Positions 18,430 to 27,994 of a DNA stretch of 64,000 bases are shown here, piece by piece. Made by a program: the position numbers and the translations under genes. Source of the stretch: an uncultured Acidobacteriota bacterium. Lineage in GTDB: Bacteria > Acidobacteriota > Terriglobia > Acidiferrales > UBA7541. Position 1 is the stretch's first letter; each line of letters starts with the position of its first letter. The stretch lies in contig CAVWSS010000006.1 in assembly GCA_963757885.1 (NCBI GenBank), forward strand, positions 305,500-369,499, written 5' to 3'. The notes below the pieces were generated by a model, which was not told the DNA's origin, made no database searches, and saw only the letters and a list, made by a program, of their open reading frames with translations.

Positions 18430-20301
18430 CTAATAGCCCCCAAACGGATACCTATTCCTCGCCTCCACCGCATCCGCCACTTTTCTCCTCAACCCAATCA
18501 CATCCACCGCATCTTTCCTCGCAAATCTCTTCAACACCGCAAGCTGCGTCCTCAACCCATCGCCCTGATCCGTTGCCGCCAACGCAGTCCGCGCCTCTTT
18601 CTCAATTCGGTCGCTCGCGTCATAAATAAACACTTTCGCCGCCGCTATCATCGCGTGCGCATTCCCGCCACTGCCCGCCGCCGCGCCACCCCGCGCCGCC
18701 ACAATCTTCTGCGCCCTCCGCAGCACCGACTCCACCGCATAAACTTCCATCACGATATTCGCCAGCGCCCCCACCACTTCCTGCTCCTCCGCTAGCTTCT
18801 CCCGAAACTTCTGCATCGCCCCGCCTGCCGCCTGCAAAAAGATCTTCTTGCTCGACTCCAGCACCTTCTCCTCTTCCGCAAACTCTCCCGCGTCGCCATC
18901 CCCCACCGCGCCAAACGACCCGCCCATCGACGGCCCCACCATCACCTCATCCGCCAGCCCCTTCGCCGCCGCGAAAAACGGCAAGGCCCCGCTCATCGCT
19001 CGCTTAATCAGCATCTGCACAATCAACATCCGGTTAATCTCGTTTGTCCCTTCAAAAATTCTATTAATACGGCTGTCCCGATACGCCCGCGCCACCGGAT
19101 AATCCTCGTGAAATCCATACCCGCCATAAATCTGCACCGCTTCATCCACGCAGTAGTCCACCACTTCGCTGCAATACACCTTGCAGATCGAACTCTCGAT
19201 TGCATACTCCTCGAGGACCCGCATCGCCCTCTGCGCCTTCGTCTCGGCGGCCCCCGCAGCTCCAGCGGCCTCCGCGCCTTCCGTCGCATTCATCGCCTCA
19301 TCCACCGTTCCCGCCGTCCGGTAGACCATCGACTCAATCGCAAAAATCTGCACCGCCATCTCGCCCAGCTTTGAACGAATCATCCCAAATTCCGCAATCG
19401 GCTTCCCAAAGGCCACCCGCTCCTTCGCATATTTCGCTGAGGCTTCCAGCACTTTCTTCGCCCCGCCCAGGCAATACGCTCCCAGCGAAAATCGCCCCGC
19501 ATTCAACGTGTTGAAGGCGACAATGTGCCCGCGCCCAATCTCGTGCAGCAAATTTTCCTTGGGTATCGCGCAATTCTCGAAAAAGATCGGCACCGTCGAG
19601 CTGCCTTTGATCCCCATCTTTTTCTCTTCGGCGCCGGTCGAAAACCCCTTGGTCCCCCGCTCCACGATGAAGCACGAAAATTTCTCGCCATCCACTTTGG
19701 CGAACACCACAAACACATCCGCGAATCCGCCATTGGTAATCCACATCTTCTGCCCGTTCAGCACCCAACTCTTTCCATCACTCGATAGCACCGCGCGCGT
19801 CCGCGCCGCCAGCGCATCCGACCCCGCCTGCGGCTCCGACAGGCAGTAGCAAGAAATCAATTCGCCCGTGGCAATCTTGGGCAGATATTTTTTCTTCTGC
19901 TCCTCGGTCCCGAAATACACAATCGGTATCGTTCCAATCCCCGCATGGCCGCCATGCGTCACCGCAAACGACGCGTATGGCGCTAGCTTCTCCGCAATTA
20001 TCGTCGACGACACTTTATCCAGCCCCGCCCCTCCGTACTCTTCCGGAATCGCCCCGCCCAGCAGCCCCAATTCACCCGACTTTTTCAGCAGCTCCGGCAT
20101 CAACCCTTCTTTGTGCTGCTCCAACTCCCCCGCCAGGGGCAACACTTCCTTCATCACAAACTCTTCCGCCGTCTGCCCAATCAGCCGCTGATCGTCCTTA
20201 AAATCCTCCACACTAAAAATCTCCTCCGCCCTCAGCGGAGCCAACAAAAAACCCCCTCCTTTCACCCGCCCCTCTGAAACTGTGGAAGTGGCCATAGTCA
20301 A
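18430..20301 (-). CDS. Acyl-CoA dehydrogenase (long form with C-terminal helical extension)
   Basis: 623 aa with ACAD-type segments LSEPQAGSDA, MWITNGGFADVFVVFAK and RIFEGTNEI. Confidence 0.9.
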   Translation of the reverse strand: MTMATSTVSEGRVKGGGFLLAPLRAEEIFSVEDFKDDQRLIGQTAEEFVMKEVLPLAGELEQHKEGLMPELLKKSGELGLLGGAIPEEYGGAGLDKVSSTIIAEKLAPYASFAVTHGGHAGIGTIPIVYFGTEEQKKKYLPKIATGELISCYCLSEPQAGSDALAARTRAVLSSDGKSWVLNGQKMWITNGGFADVFVVFAKVDGEKFSCFIVERGTKGFSTGAEEKKMGIKGSSTVPIFFENCAIPKENLLHEIGRGHIVAFNTLNAGRFSLGAYCLGGAKKVLEASAKYAKERVAFGKPIAEFGMIRSKLGEMAVQIFAIESMVYRTAGTVDEAMNATEGAEAAGAAGAAETKAQRAMRVLEEYAIESSICKVYCSEVVDYCVDEAVQIYGGYGFHEDYPVARAYRDSRINRIFEGTNEINRMLIVQMLIKRAMSGALPFFAAAKGLADEVMVGPSMGGSFGAVGDGDAGEFAEEEKVLESSKKIFLQAAGGAMQKFREKLAEEQEVVGALANIVMEVYAVESVLRRAQKIVAARGGAAAGSGGNAHAMIAAAKVFIYDASDRIEKEARTALAATDQGDGLRTQLAVLKRFARKDAVDVIGLRRKVADAVEARNRYPFGGY

Positions 20302-20353
20302 TCGCCTCCGCGTCCCTCTACGCCCATCCTACTACGTGCGCCCCCTTTTTCTT

Positions 20354-20437
20354 GGGTGGCCCCATGAGCGCTTACGCGCACGGCGCGCCGGCAAATGCCA
20401 GAAAGTGAAAGGAATGAAAATAAACTCGAATTTCAGC
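20354..20437 (+). repeat. Hairpin repeat R8 (degenerate long type II)
   Basis: gggtggccccatgagcgcttacgcgcacggcgcgccggcaaatgccagaaagtgaaaggaatgaaaataaactcgaatttcagc. Confidence 0.55.
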
Positions 20438-20574
20438 TCCGCCTCGCGGCTTTTGTATTAAGTTGTCCTAGGCGAATCGCGCGCTTCTCTAGCTTGGCAT
20501 CGAAGGCTCTCCCGGCAGTCATGCGAAGTGTTTTTGATTCTCGTGCTTTCTTTCTTCTTTAGAAAGGACCCCTC

Positions 20575-21696
20575 ATGCACCTCAAATCCCTCACCCTCAC
20601 TCTTCCCCTTATCCTGCTCTCCTCTCTCCCTCTTCTCCCCCGCCAACAACAAACTCAAACTCCACCGCCCATCCCCGAACTCGACCGCCTCAAAATTTTC
20701 CTAGGAACCTTCAACGTCACCGAACACTACGAAAAAACCTCCCTCTTCCCTAAAGGCGGCGAATCCCACGGCCAATACAAATCCCACGCTGGTCCTGGCA
20801 ACTTCTCATACATCTCCGACTTCTGGACCTCCGGCGGTCCCGAAGGCTCTATCGCCGGCGAACAAATCATCACCTGGGACACCGACTCCGCCGGACTCAA
20901 GCGCTACACCTTTGGGTCCAATTTTCCCGGCGCCTTCATATCTCCCGGCGACTGGCAGGAAAACTCCCTCGTCTTCGGCGGCGATTTCGAATTCAACAAC
21001 CAAAAACTCCATTTCACCGACTCAACCACTCTCGGCTCTTCCCCTGACCTTTTTTCCATGAAGGAGATTTTCACCAGTCAGGAGAGCTCCACCACCATGC
21101 TCACCATGACCGCCAAAAAAGAATCCGCCTCCGGCACCGTCTCTACCCTTCCCGCCGCCGCTGAAGGCACGAAGCACGCCGACATTGCAGAACGTACCGG
21201 CCCCGAACCTCCCGCCCCGCCTACCGTCAAAGACTTGAACGCGGGCCTCCAGAAAATGTCTTTCCTCGTCGGCTCCTGGCACTATCAGCAGAAATTCCAA
21301 AAAGGCGGAATGACTCCCGACGGCGGCGGCGGCGAAGGCAACTACACCGCAGTCGTCGGCCCCGGCGGCAAATCCATCCTCACCGACTTCTCCGAAACGT
21401 CCGGCCCTCTCGCGGGCACTTCCGCTCACGAAGTCTTCACCTACGACGACGGCCAATCCCAATACACCGGCTACGCCTTCGTCTCCAGCGGACCCGGCTG
21501 CTTTACTCGCACCGGCATCTGGGAAAAAGACCACCTCGCCTTCAATCGTGAACTCACCATCCAGGGCCAGAAATTCCACATGCGCTTCGTCTACACTCTC
21601 CTCGCCCCCGACACTCTCACCATCGAAACCTACACCGGCATCAATGACCAACCCCTCGCCCTCTCCTTCTCCACCTCCGCTAAAAAACAGCAATAG
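20575..21696 (+). CDS. Secreted protein with two tandem lipocalin-like (DUF1579-like, from memory) repeats
   Basis: 373 aa with a signal peptide. There is an internal duplication: FLGTFNVTEHYEK...ITWDTDSAGLKRYTF versus FLVGSWHYQQKF...FTYDDGQSQYTGYAF. Confidence 0.7.
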   Translation: MHLKSLTLTLPLILLSSLPLLPRQQQTQTPPPIPELDRLKIFLGTFNVTEHYEKTSLFPKGGESHGQYKSHAGPGNFSYISDFWTSGGPEGSIAGEQIITWDTDSAGLKRYTFGSNFPGAFISPGDWQENSLVFGGDFEFNNQKLHFTDSTTLGSSPDLFSMKEIFTSQESSTTMLTMTAKKESASGTVSTLPAAAEGTKHADIAERTGPEPPAPPTVKDLNAGLQKMSFLVGSWHYQQKFQKGGMTPDGGGGEGNYTAVVGPGGKSILTDFSETSGPLAGTSAHEVFTYDDGQSQYTGYAFVSSGPGCFTRTGIWEKDHLAFNRELTIQGQKFHMRFVYTLLAPDTLTIETYTGINDQPLALSFSTSAKKQQ

Positions 21697-21708
21697 TTGT
21701 GGTTCTTT

Positions 21709-21786
21709 GGTGCCCAATAGGCCTCTTGCGCGCCGAATGGCGCGCTGATTAATAGGCCCCGTGGGGGTTTCACCCAAATTCCGGGA
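21709..21786 (+). repeat. Hairpin repeat R16 (type I tail, long form with nested GC palindrome)
   Basis: ggtgccc-aataggcc-tcttgcgcgccgaatggcgcgctgatt-aataggcc-ccgtggggg-tttcacccaaattccggga. Confidence 0.75.
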
Positions 21787-21822
21787 CATCGACTACATAG
21801 AATGTTTGGTAGTTGAATTTCT

Positions 21823-21885
21823 GGGTGCCCCACTTTCTGTTTTGAGAAAGTGGGATCGAATGAAATTTAAAGCCTTTGACTTAGC
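21823..21885 (+). repeat. Hairpin repeat R9 (type II tail, short form)
   Basis: gggtgccccactttct-gttttg-agaaagtggga-tcgaatgaaatttaaagcctttgacttagc. Confidence 0.85.
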
Positions 21886-21892
21886 TTTTCCG

Positions 21893-23078
21893 CTAAATCC
21901 TCTCCAAAATCCCCGCCGCTCCCATCCCCCCTCCCACACACATCGTCACCAACCCATACCTCGCCCCTCTTCTCTCCATCTCCCTCAATATCGTCGCCGT
22001 CAACTTCGTTCCCGTGCATCCCAACGGATGCCCCAACGCAATCGCTCCCCCATTCACATTCACGCGCGCGGCATCCAGCCCAGCCACTTTGATCACCGCG
22101 AGCGCCTGCGCCGCAAACGCCTCATTCAACTCAATCACCTCAATATCTTCGAGCCTCAATCCTGCCTGCTTCAACGCCTTCGGTATCGCCAGTGCCGGCC
22201 CAATCCCCATCTCCTCCGGCTTGCATCCCGCCGTCGCGAACGCAATCAACCGCGCAGCGCCCTTCAATCCCCGCGCTCGCGCCGCATCCGCATTCATCAC
22301 CACCGTCGCCGCCGCTCCGTCGCTCGTCTGCGACGAATTTCCCGCCGTCACCACGCCGTGCGCATGAAACGCCGGCTTCAAGTTCCCGAGCGCCTCCATC
22401 GACGTATCCGCCCTCGGACCCTCGTCCGTATCAAACCTCAATTCCCGAGTTACTGGTTTCGATCCGTTCCCGCTCACAAACTCCGTAAACTTCACTTCCA
22501 CCGGCACAATCTCATCCTTAAATCTCCCCGCCGCAATCGCCGCCAGCGCCTTCTTATGACTGGCCAGCGAAAATTTATCCGCCTGCCTCGCGCGTAATTC
22601 CGTATTTCTTCGCCACGTTTTCCGCGGTCAGCCCCATCCCCAAATACGCATCCGGATAGTGATCCATCAGCCATGGATTCGGCGAGATTCGGTTCCCGCC
22701 CATCGGCACCAGGCTCATCGACTCGGTCCCGCCAGCGATAATCAATTCCGCGCGCCCAGCCATAATTCGCTCCGCCGCAATCGCAATCGCCTGCAGCCCC
22801 GACGAGCAAAATCGATTAATCGTCATCGCCGACGCTTCCACCGGCAGCCCCGCCCTTAGCGACGCGATCCGCGCCACATTCATTCCCTGCTCCGCTTCCG
22901 GCATGGCACATCCCAAAATCACATCGTCAACGTCCTTCGCCGCCACTCCCGGCGCGCGTTCCAGCGCCGCGCAAATCGCCGTCGCCGCCAAATCATCCGG
23001 CCTCGTCGACCTCAACGTCCCTCGCGGCGCTTTCCCCACCGCCGTCCTCACCGCACTCACAATCACCGCCTCCGCCAT
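21893..23078 (-). pseudogene. Acetyl-CoA C-acyltransferase (thiolase) interrupted by a +1 frameshift near 22586
   Basis: ORFs 22575..23078 (N-terminal half, [10 protein letters not shown] active-site Cys) and 21893..22507 (C-terminal half, GNSSQTSDGA, CVGGGMG) are contiguous halves. Total length is 1186 nt, which is 3n+1. The downstream frame reads [31 protein letters not shown] directly after ..GITRE. Confidence 0.85.
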
Positions 23079-23157
23079 CTCGCCTCACCTCCTCTCTCCC
23101 TGCCCCTACTGTACACCCCCGCCTTTCTTGCGCGCCCATCCGCGGCCCTGCCGCTAT

Positions 23158-23187
23158 ATGAACAAAATTTAAACTCTTTGACTTTGC
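23158..23187 (+). repeat. Repeat R10 (type II tail only, no hairpin head)
   Basis: atgaacaaaatttaaactctttgactttgc. Confidence 0.55.
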
Positions 23188-23269
23188 TCTTCTTCGTACT
23201 CTTACTATCAATTCCTTACCACTACTAAAACCGGGTTCCGATCACCCCAAGGTCAAAGGAGAACACCCC

Positions 23270-24115
23270 ATGCCAACCGTCAAAACGAAAGACGGACTAG
23301 AGATCTACTACAAGGACTGGGGCACCGGGCAGCCAATTGTTTTCTCACACGGCTGGCCGCTTTCAGCGGACGACTGGGACACACAGATGTTGTTCTTCGG
23401 CCAGCGTGGCTATCGTGTGATTGCTCACGACCGAAGAGGCCACGGCCGCTCAACCCAGACCTGGGACGGCCATGACATGGATCATTACGCTGACGACTTG
23501 GCGGCTGTGACGGAACATCTCAACCTCAAAGACGCGATTCACGTCGGTCACTCGACCGGCGGCGGCGAAGTGGTGCATTATCTCGCTCGCCATGGCGAAA
23601 GCCGCGTGGCCAAAGCGGCCATCATCAGCGCCGTTCCGCCCCTCATGTTGAAGACCGCCGCCAATCCGACCGGCCTGCCCAAGCAGGCCTTTGACGATCT
23701 CCAAGCGCAACTTGCAGCGAACCGCTCACAGTTTTTCTATGACGTCGCGGCCGGCCCGTTCTACGGTTACAACCGGCCCGGCGCAAAATCCTCGCAACCG
23801 GTAATCTGGAACTGGTGGCGGCAAGGCATGATGGGAGGCGAAAAGGCGCACTACGACGGTATCGTCGCCTTTTCCCAGACCGACTTCACCGAAGACCTAA
23901 AGAAAATCAATGTGCCAGTTTTGGTCATGCACAGCAAAGACGATCAAATCGTTCCGTACGTCGCCGCGGGACCCCTGTCCGCAAAGTTGCTGAAGAATGG
24001 CACCTTGAAAACCTACGAGGGCTTTCCCCACGGCATGCCCACCACGGAAGCTCCAACGATTAATGCCGACCTGCTGGCGTTCCTGCAGGGCGCAGCGAGC
24101 AAAGCCGCGGGATAA
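23270..24115 (+). CDS. Alpha/beta hydrolase, non-heme haloperoxidase/arylesterase-like
   Basis: 281 aa. The N-terminus [30 protein letters not shown] and the nucleophile elbow GHSTGGGE are typical of this family. Confidence 0.85.
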   Translation: MPTVKTKDGLEIYYKDWGTGQPIVFSHGWPLSADDWDTQMLFFGQRGYRVIAHDRRGHGRSTQTWDGHDMDHYADDLAAVTEHLNLKDAIHVGHSTGGGEVVHYLARHGESRVAKAAIISAVPPLMLKTAANPTGLPKQAFDDLQAQLAANRSQFFYDVAAGPFYGYNRPGAKSSQPVIWNWWRQGMMGGEKAHYDGIVAFSQTDFTEDLKKINVPVLVMHSKDDQIVPYVAAGPLSAKLLKNGTLKTYEGFPHGMPTTEAPTINADLLAFLQGAASKAAG

Positions 24116-24214
24116 TCGGGCGCATTCGAAACATTATGGATCGTACGGTCCGGCGTCACGCCGGGCGATACCTATAGACTGCCCAAATCCAACTGTTAGT
24201 TAGGCTCAGCTCGC

Positions 24215-26038
24215 TTAAAATACGAACTTCACACCAAGCTGCACCACCCGCGGCCCTCCGCCTCCCAACCCAGGGTTCCCCTGCGCTACATCCGGCGTCG
24301 CCGTGATCAACCCATCCGGCCCCACTCCCGGCGTCACCACGTTATCCGGCAACGCAAAATTGGGATGATTGAAAATGTTGAAAAATTCCATCCTCAATTG
24401 CATATCCAACTTTTCGCGCAGCCTCGTATCTTTGGTCAATGAAAAATCCACATTCCAAAATCCGGGCCCATAAATCTGGTCGCGCCCCAGCGTCCCAAAT
24501 TCCCCAGTCGGCTCCGCAAATGCCGCAGGATTCAAATATCCCGTCGACGGCGTCCAATTCGGCAAAATTGGATTCACTCCAGGGACCACGTCGGGCCGCA
24601 AATGCCCGTTGATTCCAAACTCATCGTCAATAATCGGAATCGGCCGCCCCGACTGCACCGTCATCACCGTATTCAGCTGCCATCCCGTCGCAAGCACCCG
24701 CGGCATGCGGTCGAAACTCGGCACCTCATAATTCAACGCCGCCGTAAACCTGTGCCGCGTGTCGAATGTCGACGGCCCCTTCTCGGCCGCCAAATCATCC
24801 GAATTCTGCGGAAACGCCGCCGTCGCAAAGTTGAAATCGATCCCATCCGACGCGCCATCCAGCGACTTCGAATACACATACGAATAAAATCCCGAGAATC
24901 CGTAAAAATTCTGGAACCTGCCATTCAATTGCAGCGCGTTGTACGTCGAATTCGCGCTGGTGCTGAAAATATCGATCTCCCCGTATCGCGGATTCTCCCC
25001 GTCCTGATTCAAATCGTATAGCCGCGTCAGGTCCGTTCCTTTAGTGCCCACATACCCAATCTCCACCGCGGCGTGCTGCCCGATTTGCTCATCAATATTC
25101 AAGTTCCAGCTATTCACATACGGTGTCTTCAAATTGTGATCGGTCACAAAAATGCTAAACGGCGGCGTCCCCGGCGTAAAAATCGCTCCTGGGGCCACGC
25201 CCGTAAACGCATCCTGCTTAAAATCGAGCGGCAGCACTGGTACCGATCCCACCGGATTCGTCGCGATTCCCGCCGACGTCGTGAAATTCGCGATCATCAA
25301 ATGCTGCGGAATGTAGTCGTAATACAGCCCGTATCCCGCGCGCACCGTCGTGTTATTCCACGGCGTCCACGCAACTCCCAATCGGGGCCCAAAATTGTTC
25401 AGGTCCTTCTTGTACGCTCCGCCAAGCCCTGCCGACCCGACGTGCTGCAGCACCGAGTCTGGCCCTTCGTTCGCCCCAAAATTCCAGAGCAAATTATTCT
25501 TCTCGCTGATCGGCCCAAAATATTCCCAACGCAATCCGTAATTGACCGTCAGATTCGGCCGTATCCGCCAGTCGTCCTGCGCGAAAAACGCCATCCCATT
25601 GTTGTACGTCGTCCGCTGCGCGTTCCCCGAATTCGCCGTAGTGAAGCAGTCGTCGCACTCCGCGTTGCCTAAATAAAATTGCGTCAACACATCCACGATG
25701 CTTTCGGACAGCGTCGTGTCGTTATTCGCCGGTGCGAATCCAATCAGCCCGCGCTCCAAGTTGTCGTTATACGCGCTTACCTCCGCCCGCCTAAACTCCC
25801 CGCCAAACTTCCACGTGTGCGCCCCACGAATCCACGTGTCGCGTGTCTCGCCCGTCGCCTGATTCTTCGCCGTCACCTTCGCGCCCACCACCACCGCGCC
25901 CGAAGGATCCATCACCGTCCCGCGAACACTCCCGCGATACGTCTGCGCCCCCGCCCTCGGCGCACACACTAATCCCGCTAAAATCAGCACCACCGCCACA
26001 AGGAATCCTGCGTACTCCCCGCCACTCTTCTTTCTCAT
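24215..26038 (-). CDS. TonB-dependent-receptor-like outer membrane protein lacking plug and first half of barrel (likely decayed)
   Basis: I start it at the internal ATG 26038 (MRKKSGGEYAGFLVAVVLILAGLVCAPRAGAQ). A truncated CarboxypepD_reg start (GSVRGTVMDPSGAVVVGAKVTAKNQATGETRDT) joins directly to mid-barrel sequence (WIRGAHTWKFGGEFRR). The C-terminal strand is VVQLGVKFVF. Confidence 0.6.
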   Translation of the reverse strand: MRKKSGGEYAGFLVAVVLILAGLVCAPRAGAQTYRGSVRGTVMDPSGAVVVGAKVTAKNQATGETRDTWIRGAHTWKFGGEFRRAEVSAYNDNLERGLIGFAPANNDTTLSESIVDVLTQFYLGNAECDDCFTTANSGNAQRTTYNNGMAFFAQDDWRIRPNLTVNYGLRWEYFGPISEKNNLLWNFGANEGPDSVLQHVGSAGLGGAYKKDLNNFGPRLGVAWTPWNNTTVRAGYGLYYDYIPQHLMIANFTTSAGIATNPVGSVPVLPLDFKQDAFTGVAPGAIFTPGTPPFSIFVTDHNLKTPYVNSWNLNIDEQIGQHAAVEIGYVGTKGTDLTRLYDLNQDGENPRYGEIDIFSTSANSTYNALQLNGRFQNFYGFSGFYSYVYSKSLDGASDGIDFNFATAAFPQNSDDLAAEKGPSTFDTRHRFTAALNYEVPSFDRMPRVLATGWQLNTVMTVQSGRPIPIIDDEFGINGHLRPDVVPGVNPILPNWTPSTGYLNPAAFAEPTGEFGTLGRDQIYGPGFWNVDFSLTKDTRLREKLDMQLRMEFFNIFNHPNFALPDNVVTPGVGPDGLITATPDVAQGNPGLGGGGPRVVQLGVKFVF

Positions 26039-26063
26039 CTCCCCCGCTCCTCCACGCCCCCGC

Positions 26064-26426
26064 TCACTCGACGGTCGCTGCTCGTTCACGAAGTTCCAAC
26101 TTGAAGTTGATCGTCGTATCGCGCCCCGCTTTCACGATCGCTTTCTTCATCATCGACTTAAAATTCGCCGCCTCCACTCTGACCACATACTTGCCCGCCT
26201 CCAAATTAGCGAACGAAAAGTCGCCGTGCGGATTCGCCGTGGTTTCACGCGTCTCGTCCGTCCCCTTCTTCGTTATCGTCACCTTCGCGTTCGGTAACAC
26301 TGCACCCGCAGGATCGGTTACCTCCCCGCGAATATCACCCCGATCCGCTTGCGCCTTGGCTCCCGATGCCAGAGCCACCACACACGCCAACGCTATAGAA
26401 ATCAGTAACGCCACAACTCGCTTCAT
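26064..26426 (-). CDS. Stand-alone secreted carboxypeptidase-regulatory-like (CarboxypepD_reg) domain protein
   Basis: 120 aa: signal peptide + IRGEVTDPAGAVLPNAKVTITKKGTDETRETTANPHGDFSFANLEAGKYVVRVEAANFK. It ends where a TBDR would continue into the plug. Confidence 0.6.
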   Translation of the reverse strand: MKRVVALLISIALACVVALASGAKAQADRGDIRGEVTDPAGAVLPNAKVTITKKGTDETRETTANPHGDFSFANLEAGKYVVRVEAANFKSMMKKAIVKAGRDTTINFKLELRERAATVE

Positions 26427-27346
26427 CTCATTTCCTCTTCGGTATAAATATCGATACCGGCGGACGTCACCTTGTAAGTCGTCCCAAAGTTTCCCTGATT
26501 CACCGCCAGCCCCATCCGCCCTCGCGAATCCTGATACAGCAATATCTGCCCTACCGGCACGTCCATAAACGTCTTCACATACGGCAGCGTGTAACTCTTC
26601 TCTCCAACCTTCACCGTCACCTTCTCGCCGAGCTGATACCCCAGCTTCCTGAAATCATCACCTCGGATATCCGTAATCAAACTTCCATACGGATCGTCCA
26701 GCGCAATTACTTCGCCCGTGATCCCCTTGTCCGAAACAGTCGCCACTCGTGGATTCAATCTCACTAGCTCACTCACCACCGGCCCTGCCTGCGTCCAATC
26801 CTCGCCTGCCGCCAAATGCGCCGCCGCCGGTGAAAAAATGTCCCGCCCATGAAATGTCGACGAAATTCCCGCCCCAATCATCCACGCCGTGTTGGTAATT
26901 TCCCGCGCCCCCTCAAACCCGTCGCGATCCACCACCGGCGTCATCAATCCGTTATCCGGCAGCACAAAATACTGGCCTTTCTTCGACTTCACGATCACGG
27001 CTTTCCTCGACGTCCCCACCCCTGGATCCACCACCACCAGAAAAACCGTCCCGGACGGGTAATACGGCGTCACGCCCGCCAAAAATCGCGCGCCCTCTTC
27101 AATCGAAAACGGCGTCACCTGATGCGTGATGTCCATAATCCTCACGTCCGGCACAATTTGCAGAATCACCGCCCTGCAAATCGCCACCGCATCGTTCGCC
27201 GTTCCAAAATCCGTCATAAACACAATCACCGGCCGCGCCGCCAGCTTCGCCGCCTGCTGCTGCGTCTGCGCACTGCCCGTCCCCGCAATCCCGCACCCCG
27301 CGCACACGCACGCGCACAACAGCCCCACCAACCATAACTTCCTCAT
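26423..27346 (-). CDS. SAM hydrolase / SAM-dependent halogenase family (DUF62-like) protein with N-terminal signal peptide
   Basis: I start it at ATG 27346 (MRKLWLVGLLCACVCAGCGIAG). VFMTDFGTANDAVAICRAVI...VVVDPGVGTSRKAVIV...VLPDNGL matches the family pattern. Its stop overlaps ATG 26426 (ATGA). Confidence 0.75.
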   Translation of the reverse strand: MRKLWLVGLLCACVCAGCGIAGTGSAQTQQQAAKLAARPVIVFMTDFGTANDAVAICRAVILQIVPDVRIMDITHQVTPFSIEEGARFLAGVTPYYPSGTVFLVVVDPGVGTSRKAVIVKSKKGQYFVLPDNGLMTPVVDRDGFEGAREITNTAWMIGAGISSTFHGRDIFSPAAAHLAAGEDWTQAGPVVSELVRLNPRVATVSDKGITGEVIALDDPYGSLITDIRGDDFRKLGYQLGEKVTVKVGEKSYTLPYVKTFMDVPVGQILLYQDSRGRMGLAVNQGNFGTTYKVTSAGIDIYTEEEMR

Positions 27347-27502
27347 GATTTGCCTCGTCTTTTTTGAATTATGACTTCGACGCCCCGCCCTACACTTCGA
27401 TTCGCCGAGAATTGTAAATTTTCTCGTCAGATGATATTCCTTCCTCACGCTATTTCCATCTCCCGAAAAGGGTCGCCCAGTAAAAACCAAAGGAGAAATT
27501 CG

Positions 27503-27994
27503 ATGGGAAGTTTCCGCAAGCCGATCATACTCAACTGGGCTGCCGGAAAGGCCGGATGCGAGCTGGTTGAAGGATTCCAAATCAAGTTGATTCAACACGA
27601 AGGGATCAGCCTATGCATCAATCCGCCCAGATTCGATGCAGACGAAACTGAAATCTTCTTTATCGTTTCCAGCACTCATCCGAAAGCAGTTGGACTAGGA
27701 GACGGCGGCATTACCCTCGTTGCAGACGGCCACCCGCAAATCTGTAAGAATCTAAGAGCTACCGCTCCCGTACGCGGGCTTGAAATCCAACAGCACGCCC
27801 CACTTGGGGGCACTAGGCGCATAATGATCGATTCATTCCAGAACGCACAGTTCGCGGCGCAATTCCAGCCTGTGCCCGAGCCTGATAGAGCGAGCGCTGC
27901 AATTGTCATTGAAATGAAGCGTCTATGGGCTCCTAATTTCATGTTTGTAGTTCCCGTTTCGGAAAGTACTTCCGTCGCTTCTCACGTTGACTGA
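27503..27994 (+). CDS. Hypothetical protein, no recognisable family (low-GC cassette gene 1)
   Basis: An AGGAG RBS lies 7 nt upstream of ATG 27503. 163 aa. Local GC is clearly below the window average. Confidence 0.55.
   Translation: MGSFRKPIILNWAAGKAGCELVEGFQIKLIQHEGISLCINPPRFDADETEIFFIVSSTHPKAVGLGDGGITLVADGHPQICKNLRATAPVRGLEIQQHAPLGGTRRIMIDSFQNAQFAAQFQPVPEPDRASAAIVIEMKRLWAPNFMFVVPVSESTSVASHVD

Noticed and set aside
21022-21789. 255-aa minus-strand ORF.
   Set aside because: It is antisense to the DUF1579-like tandem-repeat gene and is Gly/Glu/Ala-rich.
21861-21900. Mini-ORFs starting ATG AAA TTT AAA GCC TTT GAC (MKFKAFDL..) in type II repeat tails (also at 31560, 38522 and 41815).
   Set aside because: The downstream sequence differs in every copy and is antisense to real genes. 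One copy (R5) has a stop right after the ATG. The conservation is at the nucleotide level, not the peptide level.
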